Part shown: positions 45,841 through 55,482 of the stretch, piece by piece
Numbering within the stretch: position 1 is the stretch's first letter
Layout: the number at the start of each line of letters is the position of its first letter
Assembly (NCBI GenBank): GCA_025351795.1
Contig: JANXVG010000046.1
Coordinates: 23,052-87,051, forward strand
Source of the DNA: Salinibacterium sp.
Lineage (GTDB): Bacteria > Actinomycetota > Actinomycetes > Actinomycetales > Microbacteriaceae
Direction of reading: 5' to 3'
DNA: 64,000 nucleotides
Program-made: the position numbers and the translations under genes
Notes under the pieces: model-generated
The model's input: only the letters and a program-made list of their open reading frames with translations
Told to the model about the DNA's origin: nothing
Databases searched by the model: none

Positions 45841-47265
45841 CTACGCGCGAATGAGACCGAGCACCCGGTCGCGAATGCGCTCCATCGCGGCGGGGGTCGC
45901 CCCCTCGACGTTGAGGCGCAGCAGCGGCTCGGTGTTGGATGGGCGCACGTTGAACCACCAGAACGGCTCGTTTTGGTCGACGATACCGGTGACGGTGAGA
46001 CCATCGAACTCGTCGAGGGTGCTGGCGCCGCGGAACGACTCGACGATGCGCGCGTACGCACCGGGAACATCCGTCACGGTCGAATTGATCTCGCCGCTCG
46101 TGGCGTACGGCGTGTAGCGCTCACTGAGCGCCGACATCGCACCCTCGTGACTGCCATATTCGGCGAGCAGATGCATCGCGGCGAGCATGCCGTTGTCTGC
46201 TCCCCAAAAATCCCGGAAGTAGTAGTGGGCCGAGTGCTCGCCGCCGAAAATTGCTCCGGTGGCCGCCATCTCGTCTTTGATCAGCGAGTGGCCAACCCTC
46301 GTTCGTACGGCAATCGCCCCAGCGCCCTCGATCGTCTCTGCGACAATGCGCGACGTGATGAGATTGTGCAGAACCGTGATGTCACCCTCCGGCTGCACGG
46401 CCCGCACGCGCTGGATCTCTCGCAGCGCAACGATGGCCGCAACTGCAGACGGGGTGACTGCGTTGCCTTTCTCGTCGACGACGAAACAGCGGTCAGCATC
46501 CCCATCGAAGGCAAGCCCGAGGTCGGCGCCGTGCTCGATGACGGCCGTCTGCAGGTCAACGATATTGGCCGGATCGAGTGGGTTTGCCTCGTGGTTCGGA
46601 AAGGTTCCGTCGAGCTCGAAGTACATCGGGATAATCTCTATCGGCAGCGCGGGCAACCCGGCAGCGGTACCGAGCACGGCCGGAACCGTCATGCCGCCCA
46701 TGCCATTTCCGGCATCGACCACGACCCGAATCGGGCGGATGCCAGCCAAATCCACGAGCGAACGCAAATACGCTGCGTAGTCGGTAAGCACGTCTACCGC
46801 ACGCGGAGTACCCGGCGCTTCAACCTCGGGCACACCGGACTTGAGGTAGGCCTCAGCTCGGTCGCGAATGCCCTTCAGCCCCGTGTCGAAGCTGATTCCT
46901 TGGGCACCTGAACGACTGAACTTGATTCCGTTGTAGGTGGCCGGATTGTGAGAGGCGGTAAACATCGCGGCGGGGGCGCCGAAACGGCCGGAAGCGAAGT
47001 AGGTCTCGTCGGTAGAGCACAGCCCAATCGACACCACGTTTGCTCCCCGGGCGGTGGCACCCACCGAGAATGCTGCCGCGAATTCGGGAGACGAGTCGCG
47101 CATGTCGTGGCCGACCACGACATCCGTGCCCGCTGCGCCGACCTCGTCTACAAATCCGGCCGCGAGTGCGGTCACTACTTCGGGCGTCAGTTGAGAACCG
47201 ACCAAGCCTCGAACGTCGTAGGCCTTGACGAACGCAGACAGGTCAGTCGGTGAGTGAGAATCCAT
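45841..47265 (-). CDS. manB: Phosphomannomutase/phosphoglucomutase
   Basis: 474 aa. Active-site TASHNPATYNGIK, metal loop FDGDADRC, and GGEHSAHY. Confidence 0.9.
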   Translation of the reverse strand: MDSHSPTDLSAFVKAYDVRGLVGSQLTPEVVTALAAGFVDEVGAAGTDVVVGHDMRDSSPEFAAAFSVGATARGANVVSIGLCSTDETYFASGRFGAPAAMFTASHNPATYNGIKFSRSGAQGISFDTGLKGIRDRAEAYLKSGVPEVEAPGTPRAVDVLTDYAAYLRSLVDLAGIRPIRVVVDAGNGMGGMTVPAVLGTAAGLPALPIEIIPMYFELDGTFPNHEANPLDPANIVDLQTAVIEHGADLGLAFDGDADRCFVVDEKGNAVTPSAVAAIVALREIQRVRAVQPEGDITVLHNLITSRIVAETIEGAGAIAVRTRVGHSLIKDEMAATGAIFGGEHSAHYYFRDFWGADNGMLAAMHLLAEYGSHEGAMSALSERYTPYATSGEINSTVTDVPGAYARIVESFRGASTLDEFDGLTVTGIVDQNEPFWWFNVRPSNTEPLLRLNVEGATPAAMERIRDRVLGLIRA

Positions 47266-47280
47266 CCCACAAAACTAGCG

Positions 47281-47493
47281 CTAGAAGTCTTGCCCGAGAA
47301 CGACGTGGCGCACAACCTGCCACCCTTGTGGCGCCGACAGGCGGTCGGCGTGCGGCTCGCAGAGGTCATAACTGTGCGGCTCAGCACGCTGGCTGAGCGG
47401 ACCGAGCACAGCCATCGAGTCAGCGTAGACGTAAGTGAGCGTCGCCACCGCATCCTGGGTGCAGGCCACTTTGCTGCAAGGCCGATCGCTCAT
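47281..47493 (-). CDS. DUF3499-domain protein
   Basis: MSDRPCSKVACTQDAVATLTYVYADSMAVLGPLSQRAEPHSYDLCEPHADRLSAPQGWQV is the DUF3499 pattern. The longer 183-aa track ORF upstream is not protein-like. Confidence 0.7.
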   Translation of the reverse strand: MSDRPCSKVACTQDAVATLTYVYADSMAVLGPLSQRAEPHSYDLCEPHADRLSAPQGWQVVRHVVLGQDF

Positions 47494-47557
47494 TGTGCAG
47501 TCAGCATATGTGCGGCACCCACCTAGATGGTGACGCACCGCCGAATACACTTGACTC

Positions 47558-48004
47558 ATGGCTCGAACCCCGAAGCGTGGCATAGCGCGAGCGTCGGCGA
47601 GGCCGGGGTTCCGTGACCGGCATGGGCGCGGCATCCGCTCTGCGGTCACCGGTCCCCACCTGCCGCTGCTGCACAGTCGCTCTGAGGTATTCGACATGAC
47701 GGTCGCGTCGACGGCTGAATACCTCAAAGACATGTGGCCACAAGAATTGGCCATCGTGATCTTCGAGGTGGCCGGACTTCCAGCCGACCTCGGTGAATCG
47801 CCCGCGCTGGACCGCTGGCGCGTGTTTCCCAAGGAGCACCGAGTGGTGCTCTATCGCCTGCCGATTGAACGGTTATCTCGGTTGCACCGGCACGACGACT
47901 TGCACAAACGCATGATGATCGAGAGTTGTGTGTTCCGCGCCGTTGCAGAGCTGCTCGGTAAAGATCCGTGGGATCTCGCGCCGGAGCGATTCAGGCATCT
48001 CTGA
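47558..48004 (+). CDS. Metallopeptidase-family (zincin-like, DUF1025-type) small protein
   Basis: 148 aa. Its conserved position between the DUF3499 gene and the DUF5719/GT2 genes fits. The C-terminus ESCVFRAVAELLGKDPWDL and the family call come from synteny and memory. Confidence 0.6.
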   Translation: MARTPKRGIARASARPGFRDRHGRGIRSAVTGPHLPLLHSRSEVFDMTVASTAEYLKDMWPQELAIVIFEVAGLPADLGESPALDRWRVFPKEHRVVLYRLPIERLSRLHRHDDLHKRMMIESCVFRAVAELLGKDPWDLAPERFRHL

Positions 48005-48043
48005 GCGCACGCCACGGTGACCTTGGTGGCTGACGTGGCGACG

Positions 48044-49591
48044 CTATCGATAGACCCGGAGTGGCGTCGCAATGAGTCCGGGTGGGTGAATGCCGTAGTG
48101 CGCGATCAGTCCGGAGTCGACGAGGGTGACCGCGAGAAACATCGAGGCGAGCCCGGAGACCAGGTACGAAGCTCCCGGCTGAACCGCAGTGTTAGACGAC
48201 GACCCGGCCTTGACCGTCACCGAGATCGCTGGTGCGCCATTCCTGCTGGTCAGGGTGACCTTGGCGTCTGTCGTGGCCGAGTTCGCGAGGTGAAGAATCG
48301 GGTGCGGGCCGGCCGCGACCACGAGCAGGGTGTCTGCGCTGAGCGGCATTGACGCGCCCATCCAGGCGAAATCGTTGCGCTGGGTGCTTACGGCCGATAT
48401 GCGCACGGCCGCGACAATCGGCTGTCCCGCGGCGACCTTGACGGTGTACGCCCCGTTCGGGATGTCGCCAATGGCAAGGTCAATCACGCGCCCGGCATCG
48501 AGGTCGAGTTGGAATGACGACCCGTTGGTCGAGCCGTTCTCGGCCACGATGCTGATGGTGGCTCGGGTCGCGGTGGTACCGGGCACGAACAGTCGAAGCA
48601 CACCAGCAAGGTCCCCGTAGCCATCCTTCGTCTGGATCGCTTGTTGAGCGGCCAGGTCGCTCATGACGACCCCGGGAATGACTTGACGCAGCGCGGGTGC
48701 CGTGGTGGTGCCGATGACGTCGACCCCACCCGGGTCGAGCCCGCGCGTCGTCGTCTGCTGCAGGTTGGCGACCACCTGACCGCCGCGGCTCACCACGTGG
48801 ACGACCGGCGAGATCAGGTTGGGGGCAAAGCCAGCGAGAGAGAGCACGCGCTGACCGTCAGCCGGCACGACGATACCGCTCGTGCCAGGAGCCGCAACGG
48901 GCCCGCTCTCACCGAAGATCGCGAGATCGACGGTCGCGGGCACGGCCGTCGGGTTGCTGAGGGTGAGCAAGGTCGTGCGGCCGACGACCGTGGAACCGCC
49001 GGCGAGCCAGCTGTCGCCGCCGGCCACGCCGCAGTCCACTGCGGCCAACCCGGCGAACTCGGGCTCGCTAATCGTCTGAGACTGCGCACCGGCGACAAGT
49101 ATCGGCGTGCCGGGGTCGGCTGCGTTGGGGGGGGTCGATAGCACAATCGGCGCACTCACCAGGCCACCGTTCGAGGCGTCGGACTGCGCGATCGGGGTGG
49201 AGCTGACGGTGCCTACGCTCGCGTCTGAACGCACGTCGGCATTGCCCAGTGGTGACGAAATCGTCGCACCCTGTCCGCGCGCGTCCGCAAGACGCAGCAG
49301 GGATCCGGCGCAAACCAGTTGCTGCCCGGTAGCCACCGGCGTGACGAGTTTGCTCGGCGGCGTCGAGCGGATGACGGGCAGCGGCAGAATGGTCGCCGCG
49401 GCGATCGAGGCACCGGCGACCGCGAGCCCCACAAGACCGGCCACGATGCGCACACTCACGATCGCCGCGCCTTTGAGGGTAGCTTTCGGCTTCGTCGGCT
49501 CGACGTATGCGTCGTCTTCGAATATCGGTGGGAGTTCCGCCGGGATATCGTCAGCCACTGTCTTCCTCGTCGAACGTTCCCGCAGGTTCAT
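48044..49591 (-). CDS. DUF5719-like secreted/anchored protein
   Basis: 515 aa with an N-terminal TM (AAIVSVRIVAGLVGLAVAGASIAAATIL). It is then Gly/Ala/Thr/Val-rich and beta-rich. Its start overlaps the GT2 stop by 41 nt. Confidence 0.55.
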   Translation of the reverse strand: MNLRERSTRKTVADDIPAELPPIFEDDAYVEPTKPKATLKGAAIVSVRIVAGLVGLAVAGASIAAATILPLPVIRSTPPSKLVTPVATGQQLVCAGSLLRLADARGQGATISSPLGNADVRSDASVGTVSSTPIAQSDASNGGLVSAPIVLSTPPNAADPGTPILVAGAQSQTISEPEFAGLAAVDCGVAGGDSWLAGGSTVVGRTTLLTLSNPTAVPATVDLAIFGESGPVAAPGTSGIVVPADGQRVLSLAGFAPNLISPVVHVVSRGGQVVANLQQTTTRGLDPGGVDVIGTTTAPALRQVIPGVVMSDLAAQQAIQTKDGYGDLAGVLRLFVPGTTATRATISIVAENGSTNGSSFQLDLDAGRVIDLAIGDIPNGAYTVKVAAGQPIVAAVRISAVSTQRNDFAWMGASMPLSADTLLVVAAGPHPILHLANSATTDAKVTLTSRNGAPAISVTVKAGSSSNTAVQPGASYLVSGLASMFLAVTLVDSGLIAHYGIHPPGLIATPLRVYR

Positions 49592-52379
49592 TGCCGCCCG
49601 CCGCGGATGCGCGCACGCGCCTGCGCGTGGCCGTCGGAATCGCGAGCAGCAGTGTGATCCCGAATACGATGCTCTGACCCACGATGATGCCGAGCCCGAT
49701 CGGGGTGGCGGTTGGCGCCGGGCCGCCCGGCGCTGCGCCGTCTTTCAGCTCGGTGTAGTGCCAGAGGTAGCCATTCGCCGTGCTTCCGACCGGGGTGAGT
49801 AGACGGTTGCCGTCCAGTGCTTCGGCGACGCGTTGGCGGGTCGCGGCCGCGACATCGGTCGGCGCGCTCGGCACCAGAATGAATCCGATCTGTAGCGAAT
49901 CCAACTCACTCGCGGTGTCGAACCCACTCTTCGACGCAATGTTGCCGGCGAGGGTCGCAAGCCGGATATCCGCCGCGGACAGGGTCGTTGCCGTCGAGTG
50001 CAGAGTCGACTGGGCGTCGAGCGTCGTGCCTTCACCGCGATGAATCGTGGCAGAGATTGCACCGTCACTCTGTGCGGCAATTTCAAGGGTGCCGAGCGAG
50101 GGCCGAGCTGCGGCCTCTGCGGTCACAAAAGCCGGAAGCAGGCGCCCGGAAGCGGATGTCACAGCCGACGTACCCATGACCGTCGCGGCCAGCAGGGGCA
50201 CCGCTACGATCACCGCCGCAGCCGCCACGACGATGGCGGGCAGTGCCGTGGCCTTGCCGAGGGCCTCGAGGGCGACGACTGTTGCACCGATCAGTCCGAG
50301 CCAGTACACAGTGAGGCCTGCGGCAGGCCAGACCGCGATGGCGGTTGCCCCAACGAAACTCACCTCGAGGTGCGCACCGATGACGGCGGTAGCGAAGCCA
50401 AGCAGGGCAATGACCATGGCAGGCACGGCACGGCGCGAGCCAGGCACAAACAGCGCAAGCATGGCGACCGCGGCAAGCGGCGCGAGCAGCACGCACACGA
50501 TTATGGCGGCCGCAGCGGTCGGAAGCCCCACTGCGGTCGTGAACGCCGTCCAGCCGTCAATTCCGGCGGCTGGCGAACCGAGCGCAAGCTGCCATCCACT
50601 GGCCGTACCACCCGAGATGGCTAGGCCGGGCTCAGCGACCAGGGCGAGCCAGTTGCCGCGCTGCAGTTGTTGCACGACCAGCGGGGCAAACAGCGCAGCG
50701 GCAGGGATGGGGATGCCGATCAGCCGGTGGATACGTGTCGGATTCGCGAACAGCCACGCTAGCCACGCCAGCAACAGCGCCGGAACGAGGATCGGGGTCG
50801 ATGCAGCGACCGCGGCAAAGAGGAGCGCCGCAACCGCGGAGAGCGACCAGCTCTTCGCTGCGTTGACGGTCGCGAGCACTAGCCACGGCAGCAGCACGTG
50901 AGCAATCGCGGCGCCGAGGTGTCCACCGGTGAGGGAAGCCAGAAACGGTGGGGCGATAGACCAGAGGAGGGCTGCGATCGCGGGCGCCCAGCCGCGCTGC
51001 GAAAACCGCGCAGCACACGTCCAGGCCGCCAGCGCCGCGAGTGGCACCGCGGCAAGCGTGAAAATCACGATCGCGAATGACGGCGACCAGAACGTCAGCG
51101 AGCCGAGCACGGCGAGCACGTACGCGAACGGATCGGCCGCACCAGTAAAGCCCGCGCCAACGTCACGCCAGCCATAGCCGAGATGCGCCCACAGGTCACC
51201 GACGTGAGCGCTCAGCGGGATCAGACCACCGCCCGAAATAGATGGTGCCCCAAGAAACGGGTTGAACGCTATCAGTGCGACACCGGCAGCGAGCAACACG
51301 ATCCACGCGCCACCGCCCGCGAAGAAGCCTGGGTGCGTGGGTGCGTCGCCAGAACCGCCGGGGGCCGCCGCCGCTCGCCTGCTGGCCCGCAGTTCGCGCA
51401 CGTCGGACAGGGGCATGCGCAGTGAGGCAATTGCGGCCCAGCCAACTTTTCGCGTGCGCCGGATGTTGCCGCGGGCCGGGCGCACTCTGCCATCGAACGC
51501 GGCAGCCAGGCCGGCACCAAGCTCGCCAGCGATCGCCCCGGGTCGCTTGCCGATCAGGTGACCGACCGAGCGCGCAATCGCGAGGGGAACGAGTGAGAGC
51601 CAGTGAATCGGTACCGCGAGCGCTGGTGCGTAGACGAGGCGCCGGTGTAACTGGGCGGCGCGACGCACACGGTTGCTCGTTGCGGCCGAGACCGAGCGCC
51701 GACCGAACAACTCGGCGGGACCTGCAGTCGCGACCCGAGCAGACGGAACGCCGATGAGGCGGTGGCCGGCCAGCCGCACCCGAAGCGAGAAGTCGAGAGC
51801 TGCATCCGTGCTCGGCAGGCCGGGGTCGAAGCCGCCGAGCGTGCTCCAGACTTCGCGACGTACGAGCATGCCCCCGGCGGATACGCCGAGAAAGTCGCTA
51901 TTGAGGTCGTGCTGAGCCTGGTCGAGCTCGTTCTCGACGACGAGAATGGATGCACCGAGCCGAGTGATGGTTTCGCCGTACGCGGCCATGGTGTCACCGT
52001 TGTCCCACTGCATGAGCTTGGGGCCGGCCACCGCCACTGACGGCGCGATCTCGACCGCTCCGAGAAGAGCCGCGAGCGCACTCGGCTCCGGAGCATTGTC
52101 GTGTGCGAGCAACCACAACCAGTCGTTACCGGTGGGGCGCGGGGCCGCGACGTGCACGGCGTGAGCGATTGCTGCCCCAAACCAGCGCGAGCCGGGCGTG
52201 GTCACGACCTGCGTGGGCCCTGCCGCGATGAGCTGCTCAACCGACGAGTCGTTCGATCCAGCATCGACGAAAATTGCCGAATCCGGTTGCCTCGTCTGCG
52301 CGGCGAGCGCGGCGAGCGTGCGTGGCAGGTAGTCGGCGCCGTTTCGGGCGACAAGTATGACTACTACCGACGGCTGCAT
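49551..52379 (-). CDS. Large GT2 glycosyltransferase fused to a roughly 600-aa polytopic membrane domain
   Basis: The N-terminal GT2 region reads VVILVARNGADYLPRTLAALAAQT...FVDAGSNDSS...LLAHDNAP. It is followed by more than 12 hydrophobic segments. Confidence 0.8.
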   Translation of the reverse strand: MQPSVVVILVARNGADYLPRTLAALAAQTRQPDSAIFVDAGSNDSSVEQLIAAGPTQVVTTPGSRWFGAAIAHAVHVAAPRPTGNDWLWLLAHDNAPEPSALAALLGAVEIAPSVAVAGPKLMQWDNGDTMAAYGETITRLGASILVVENELDQAQHDLNSDFLGVSAGGMLVRREVWSTLGGFDPGLPSTDAALDFSLRVRLAGHRLIGVPSARVATAGPAELFGRRSVSAATSNRVRRAAQLHRRLVYAPALAVPIHWLSLVPLAIARSVGHLIGKRPGAIAGELGAGLAAAFDGRVRPARGNIRRTRKVGWAAIASLRMPLSDVRELRASRRAAAAPGGSGDAPTHPGFFAGGGAWIVLLAAGVALIAFNPFLGAPSISGGGLIPLSAHVGDLWAHLGYGWRDVGAGFTGAADPFAYVLAVLGSLTFWSPSFAIVIFTLAAVPLAALAAWTCAARFSQRGWAPAIAALLWSIAPPFLASLTGGHLGAAIAHVLLPWLVLATVNAAKSWSLSAVAALLFAAVAASTPILVPALLLAWLAWLFANPTRIHRLIGIPIPAAALFAPLVVQQLQRGNWLALVAEPGLAISGGTASGWQLALGSPAAGIDGWTAFTTAVGLPTAAAAIIVCVLLAPLAAVAMLALFVPGSRRAVPAMVIALLGFATAVIGAHLEVSFVGATAIAVWPAAGLTVYWLGLIGATVVALEALGKATALPAIVVAAAAVIVAVPLLAATVMGTSAVTSASGRLLPAFVTAEAAARPSLGTLEIAAQSDGAISATIHRGEGTTLDAQSTLHSTATTLSAADIRLATLAGNIASKSGFDTASELDSLQIGFILVPSAPTDVAAATRQRVAEALDGNRLLTPVGSTANGYLWHYTELKDGAAPGGPAPTATPIGLGIIVGQSIVFGITLLLAIPTATRRRVRASAAGGNEPAGTFDEEDSG

Positions 52380-52453
52380 CTATTCGACACTACGGTCAGT
52401 GGGCGGCAGACGCGGTCAGACACGCGCTGAAGTTAGAGTGATGGCGCCAGCAC

Positions 52454-52774
52454 TTATGCTCGCTTGCGCAACTTTCGGCGTTCACGCTCGGAGAGTCCGC
52501 CCCAGATGCCGAACCGCTCGTCGTTCTCGAGCGCGTATTCGAGGCAGCGCGTACGCACCTCACACGACGAGCAGATCTTCTTGGCGTCGCGCGTGGATCC
52601 GCCTTTTTCTGGGAAGAATGCTTCTGGATCGGTCTGCGCACACAGCGAATCCGACTGCCAGGCGAGTGAGTTGTCTTCGTCGTCAACGAGCTGCCTGACA
52701 CCGGGCACCCCCAGGTGCACCGGGTCAACGAACCAGTTGTCGGGAACACCGGCACGTGAGCCGTTTTCCGTCAT
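52454..52774 (-). CDS. whiB2: WhiB-family transcription factor, WhiB2/WhmD-like
   Basis: CAQTDPEAFFPEKGGSTRDAKKICSSCEVRTRCLEYALENDERFGIWGGLSERERRKL. The ATG at 52774 is preceded by GAGGGGAG. Confidence 0.88.
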   Translation of the reverse strand: MTENGSRAGVPDNWFVDPVHLGVPGVRQLVDDEDNSLAWQSDSLCAQTDPEAFFPEKGGSTRDAKKICSSCEVRTRCLEYALENDERFGIWGGLSERERRKLRKRA

Positions 52775-52825
52775 TGTTTCGTCTCCCCTCGGCGTGCAGA
52801 ATGTTTCCTGCAATCGCGTTAAGGA

Positions 52826-52845
52826 TAATTACACCGGTGTAGTTA
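52826..52845. promoter_or_regulatory. 20-bp near-perfect palindrome upstream of whiB2 (TAATTACACC|GGTGTAGTTA)
   Basis: The core ACACCGGTGT is perfect and 9 of 10 arm positions pair. It lies 52 nt upstream of the whiB2 ATG. Confidence 0.35.
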
Positions 52846-52978
52846 CCTCCACGTCAAGTCGTAAATCGTAAAACCTTCGACCGCGTGATCAGGGTTACGA
52901 CGCGCCGCATCACGAATCGAATCGACAACGATCACTCGCTCACACCGCAGACGCACCAACGCACGCCGTGACCCGCTG

Positions 52979-54196
52979 TTACAGGCCAGCACGAACCACA
53001 CTGCGGTGCCCAATGCGCAACGCGGGGTTGAGACTCTTGTCGGTGAGCCAACGAGGTAGCCTCTCGAGAAGAAGAATCGCGGTGCGCATCACCTGTGGCC
53101 GACGCAGCATCCGAAGACCTAAACGTCGTCGTCGGGTAGCAGAGCCAGACATCGCGGTGATGGTGTCGAGCGCATCGGCGGCGAGCAGCGCGCGCGGCCA
53201 GTCGCGGAAGGCGAGGGCATCTGCATAGTCGAGCAGGGTGGCCTCGTGGAACCGCGGAACGATGTAGTCGCGGGAGAGGTACTGGTCAAGGCGATGATCG
53301 TCTGGCACCGAGTCGAGGAGGGTCCGCAGGAAAATCAGTCGACTCTGGAGAAATACCCCGGTTGACGATGCACCCAGCGGATGGGTGCGATAGCGAACGG
53401 TCGATCGCGGGTCGAAGACGTGAACCCAGCCCGCGCGATACAGCTTCACGAAGAGATCATCGTCTTCATACCCGATCAGGCGCGGATCAAAACCGCCGAC
53501 CGCGGCGACCGCGGCACGACGGAACCCGCTTGCAGTCGGCAGGGCCATGAGATCGCGAGAGACGACCTCGATGAGACTGCGCTTGGGATATTCGACGCCG
53601 GTAGCGGCCATAAACTGCCGTGTTATCGTCTGGCCGTTCGCATCCATCTGGTCAAAGTCCGTGAAAGCCATCGCGACATCGGCACCGGCCACCAGGTGAG
53701 CCATCACGACGTCGAGGTGGTTAGTTCTCCACAGGTCGTCCTGATCGATCAACGCGAAAAATTCTCCGTGAGCACGCGTAATTCCGGCATTTCGCGCGGC
53801 GCCCTGACCGGCGTTATCCTGGCGCACAACCACGATCGGAAACGGAGCGTCCAGGTTGGCGACGAGTTGTGCTGAGCCATCGGTCGACCCATCATCGACG
53901 ATGATGAGCTCGAGGGGGGTGAACCCTTGGTCGATCACCGACCGAACCGCGCCCTCCACGTATTGTGCGCCGTTGTAGAGCGGCATGATCACGCTGACAG
54001 CACCCGCCACTTGTGCGCTGAGGTCGAGTGCGCGTAGAACGTCGGCCCGCGCTTGGGCGAGTACACGGGCATCGCCAGCCGTCGCCGCAGAGTTGCGGTC
54101 AGCGAACTCTACGGACACGGCTGAGCCGGCCGATGCGCGTGATGCGTCGGCGGAGAATCCACGCACTGTGCGGTAGCTGACCGCCCGTGCGGCCAT
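52979..54196 (-). CDS. GT2-family glycosyltransferase
   Basis: VSVIMPLYNGAQYVEGAVRSVIDQGFTPLELIIVDDGSTDGS ... IDQDD. Confidence 0.85.
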   Translation of the reverse strand: MAARAVSYRTVRGFSADASRASAGSAVSVEFADRNSAATAGDARVLAQARADVLRALDLSAQVAGAVSVIMPLYNGAQYVEGAVRSVIDQGFTPLELIIVDDGSTDGSAQLVANLDAPFPIVVVRQDNAGQGAARNAGITRAHGEFFALIDQDDLWRTNHLDVVMAHLVAGADVAMAFTDFDQMDANGQTITRQFMAATGVEYPKRSLIEVVSRDLMALPTASGFRRAAVAAVGGFDPRLIGYEDDDLFVKLYRAGWVHVFDPRSTVRYRTHPLGASSTGVFLQSRLIFLRTLLDSVPDDHRLDQYLSRDYIVPRFHEATLLDYADALAFRDWPRALLAADALDTITAMSGSATRRRRLGLRMLRRPQVMRTAILLLERLPRWLTDKSLNPALRIGHRSVVRAGL

Positions 54197-54294
54197 CTAC
54201 CCAATGTTTCCCAGCATGAGTCGAGCATACCGAGTTAATTTTAACTATTGACGCCGCGCCTCGTGTGGTGCGGCACGAGGGAGGCTGCCAGCAC

Positions 54295-55260
54295 TCAGTC
54301 TGCCGCAGCTCGAATCGAATCCCATGCACTCTGCACCATTTCACGCAGGCTGTGACGCATTGTCCAGTCGAGGTCGCGCGCAGCACGGTCACCGTTCGCG
54401 ACGATGCGGTCGGGGTCACCCGTGCGGCGCGGCCCGATTTCTGGCGTGAACGGGATGCCGGTGACATCCGCAATAGCCGTCATGATCTCACGCACCGAAA
54501 CACCGTGCCCGCTGCCGAGGTTGTAGGCGGGCTCCACGCTCTGGCCCGCGTCGATCCGCCGTGCCGCCGCCACGTGGCACGCCGCCAGGTCAGCCACATG
54601 AATGTAGTCGCGCACGTTGGTTCCGTCGGGAGTCGCATAGTCGTCGCCGTTGATTTTCGGCGTTCGACCCTCGAGCAAAGCCGCGAACACGAGCGGAAAC
54701 AGGTTGTGCGGGCTCGCGTCGTAGACGGTCAGGTCGCCCGACCCGACGACGTTGAAGTAGCGCAGGGAGGTGTGACGGAGCCCAGTGGCGACCGCCTGAT
54801 CGTGCAGTAGCCACTCCCCGATGAGTTTCGACTCACCGTAGGGTGATTGCGGGTCCTTGGCACTGTCTTCGGTGACGAGTGGCGCGTCGGGGGCGCCGTA
54901 GACGGACGCGCTCGACGAGAACACGATGCGGTCAACGCCGCGGTCGGCCATAGCGCCGAGGAGCACCGCGGTGCCTGTGACGTTCTGCGCGTAGGCATGT
55001 AGCGGCCGCTGCACTGACACCCCGGCATATTTGAACCCGGCCACATGGATGACGCCCGTCACCCCGTGCTCATCTATCGAGCGCAGCAACAGGTCGCCAT
55101 CGAGAATCGACCCGCGCACGAACGGCACGTTCGCGGGTACGAAGGCTTCGAATCCGGTCGAAAGATCATCGAGCACGACCGGCTGCATCCCGGCAGAAGT
55201 GAGGGAGCGCACTACGTGTGCTCCGATGTACCCTGCGCCGCCGGTTACGAGCCATGTCAT
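54295..55260 (-). CDS. galE: UDP-glucose 4-epimerase
   Basis: The start is set at MTWLVTGGAGYIGAHVV (ATG 55260). The YGESK catalytic motif and RYFNVVG are present. The 42 upstream codons are Arg/Ser-rich and unlikely to be coding. Confidence 0.93.
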   Translation of the reverse strand: MTWLVTGGAGYIGAHVVRSLTSAGMQPVVLDDLSTGFEAFVPANVPFVRGSILDGDLLLRSIDEHGVTGVIHVAGFKYAGVSVQRPLHAYAQNVTGTAVLLGAMADRGVDRIVFSSSASVYGAPDAPLVTEDSAKDPQSPYGESKLIGEWLLHDQAVATGLRHTSLRYFNVVGSGDLTVYDASPHNLFPLVFAALLEGRTPKINGDDYATPDGTNVRDYIHVADLAACHVAAARRIDAGQSVEPAYNLGSGHGVSVREIMTAIADVTGIPFTPEIGPRRTGDPDRIVANGDRAARDLDWTMRHSLREMVQSAWDSIRAAAD

Positions 55261-55482
55261 GGGTGCAACGCTAGCGCGACGAGCGCTCCTGCGTTGTGCC
55301 CGAGGCCGCACGGCGATGATAGCCGTCGCGCATCGTCTCGCGGATGGTCGCGATGATTCCCGCGGCTGCCAACTGCCCGAGGACACGGAGAAAGGTCATG
55401 GCAGTAACGCTATGAGTTGGCATATTCTGCCATCAGTGGCAGACTGGACACATATCGACGCGTTCCTGCCATTGGAAGTCTT

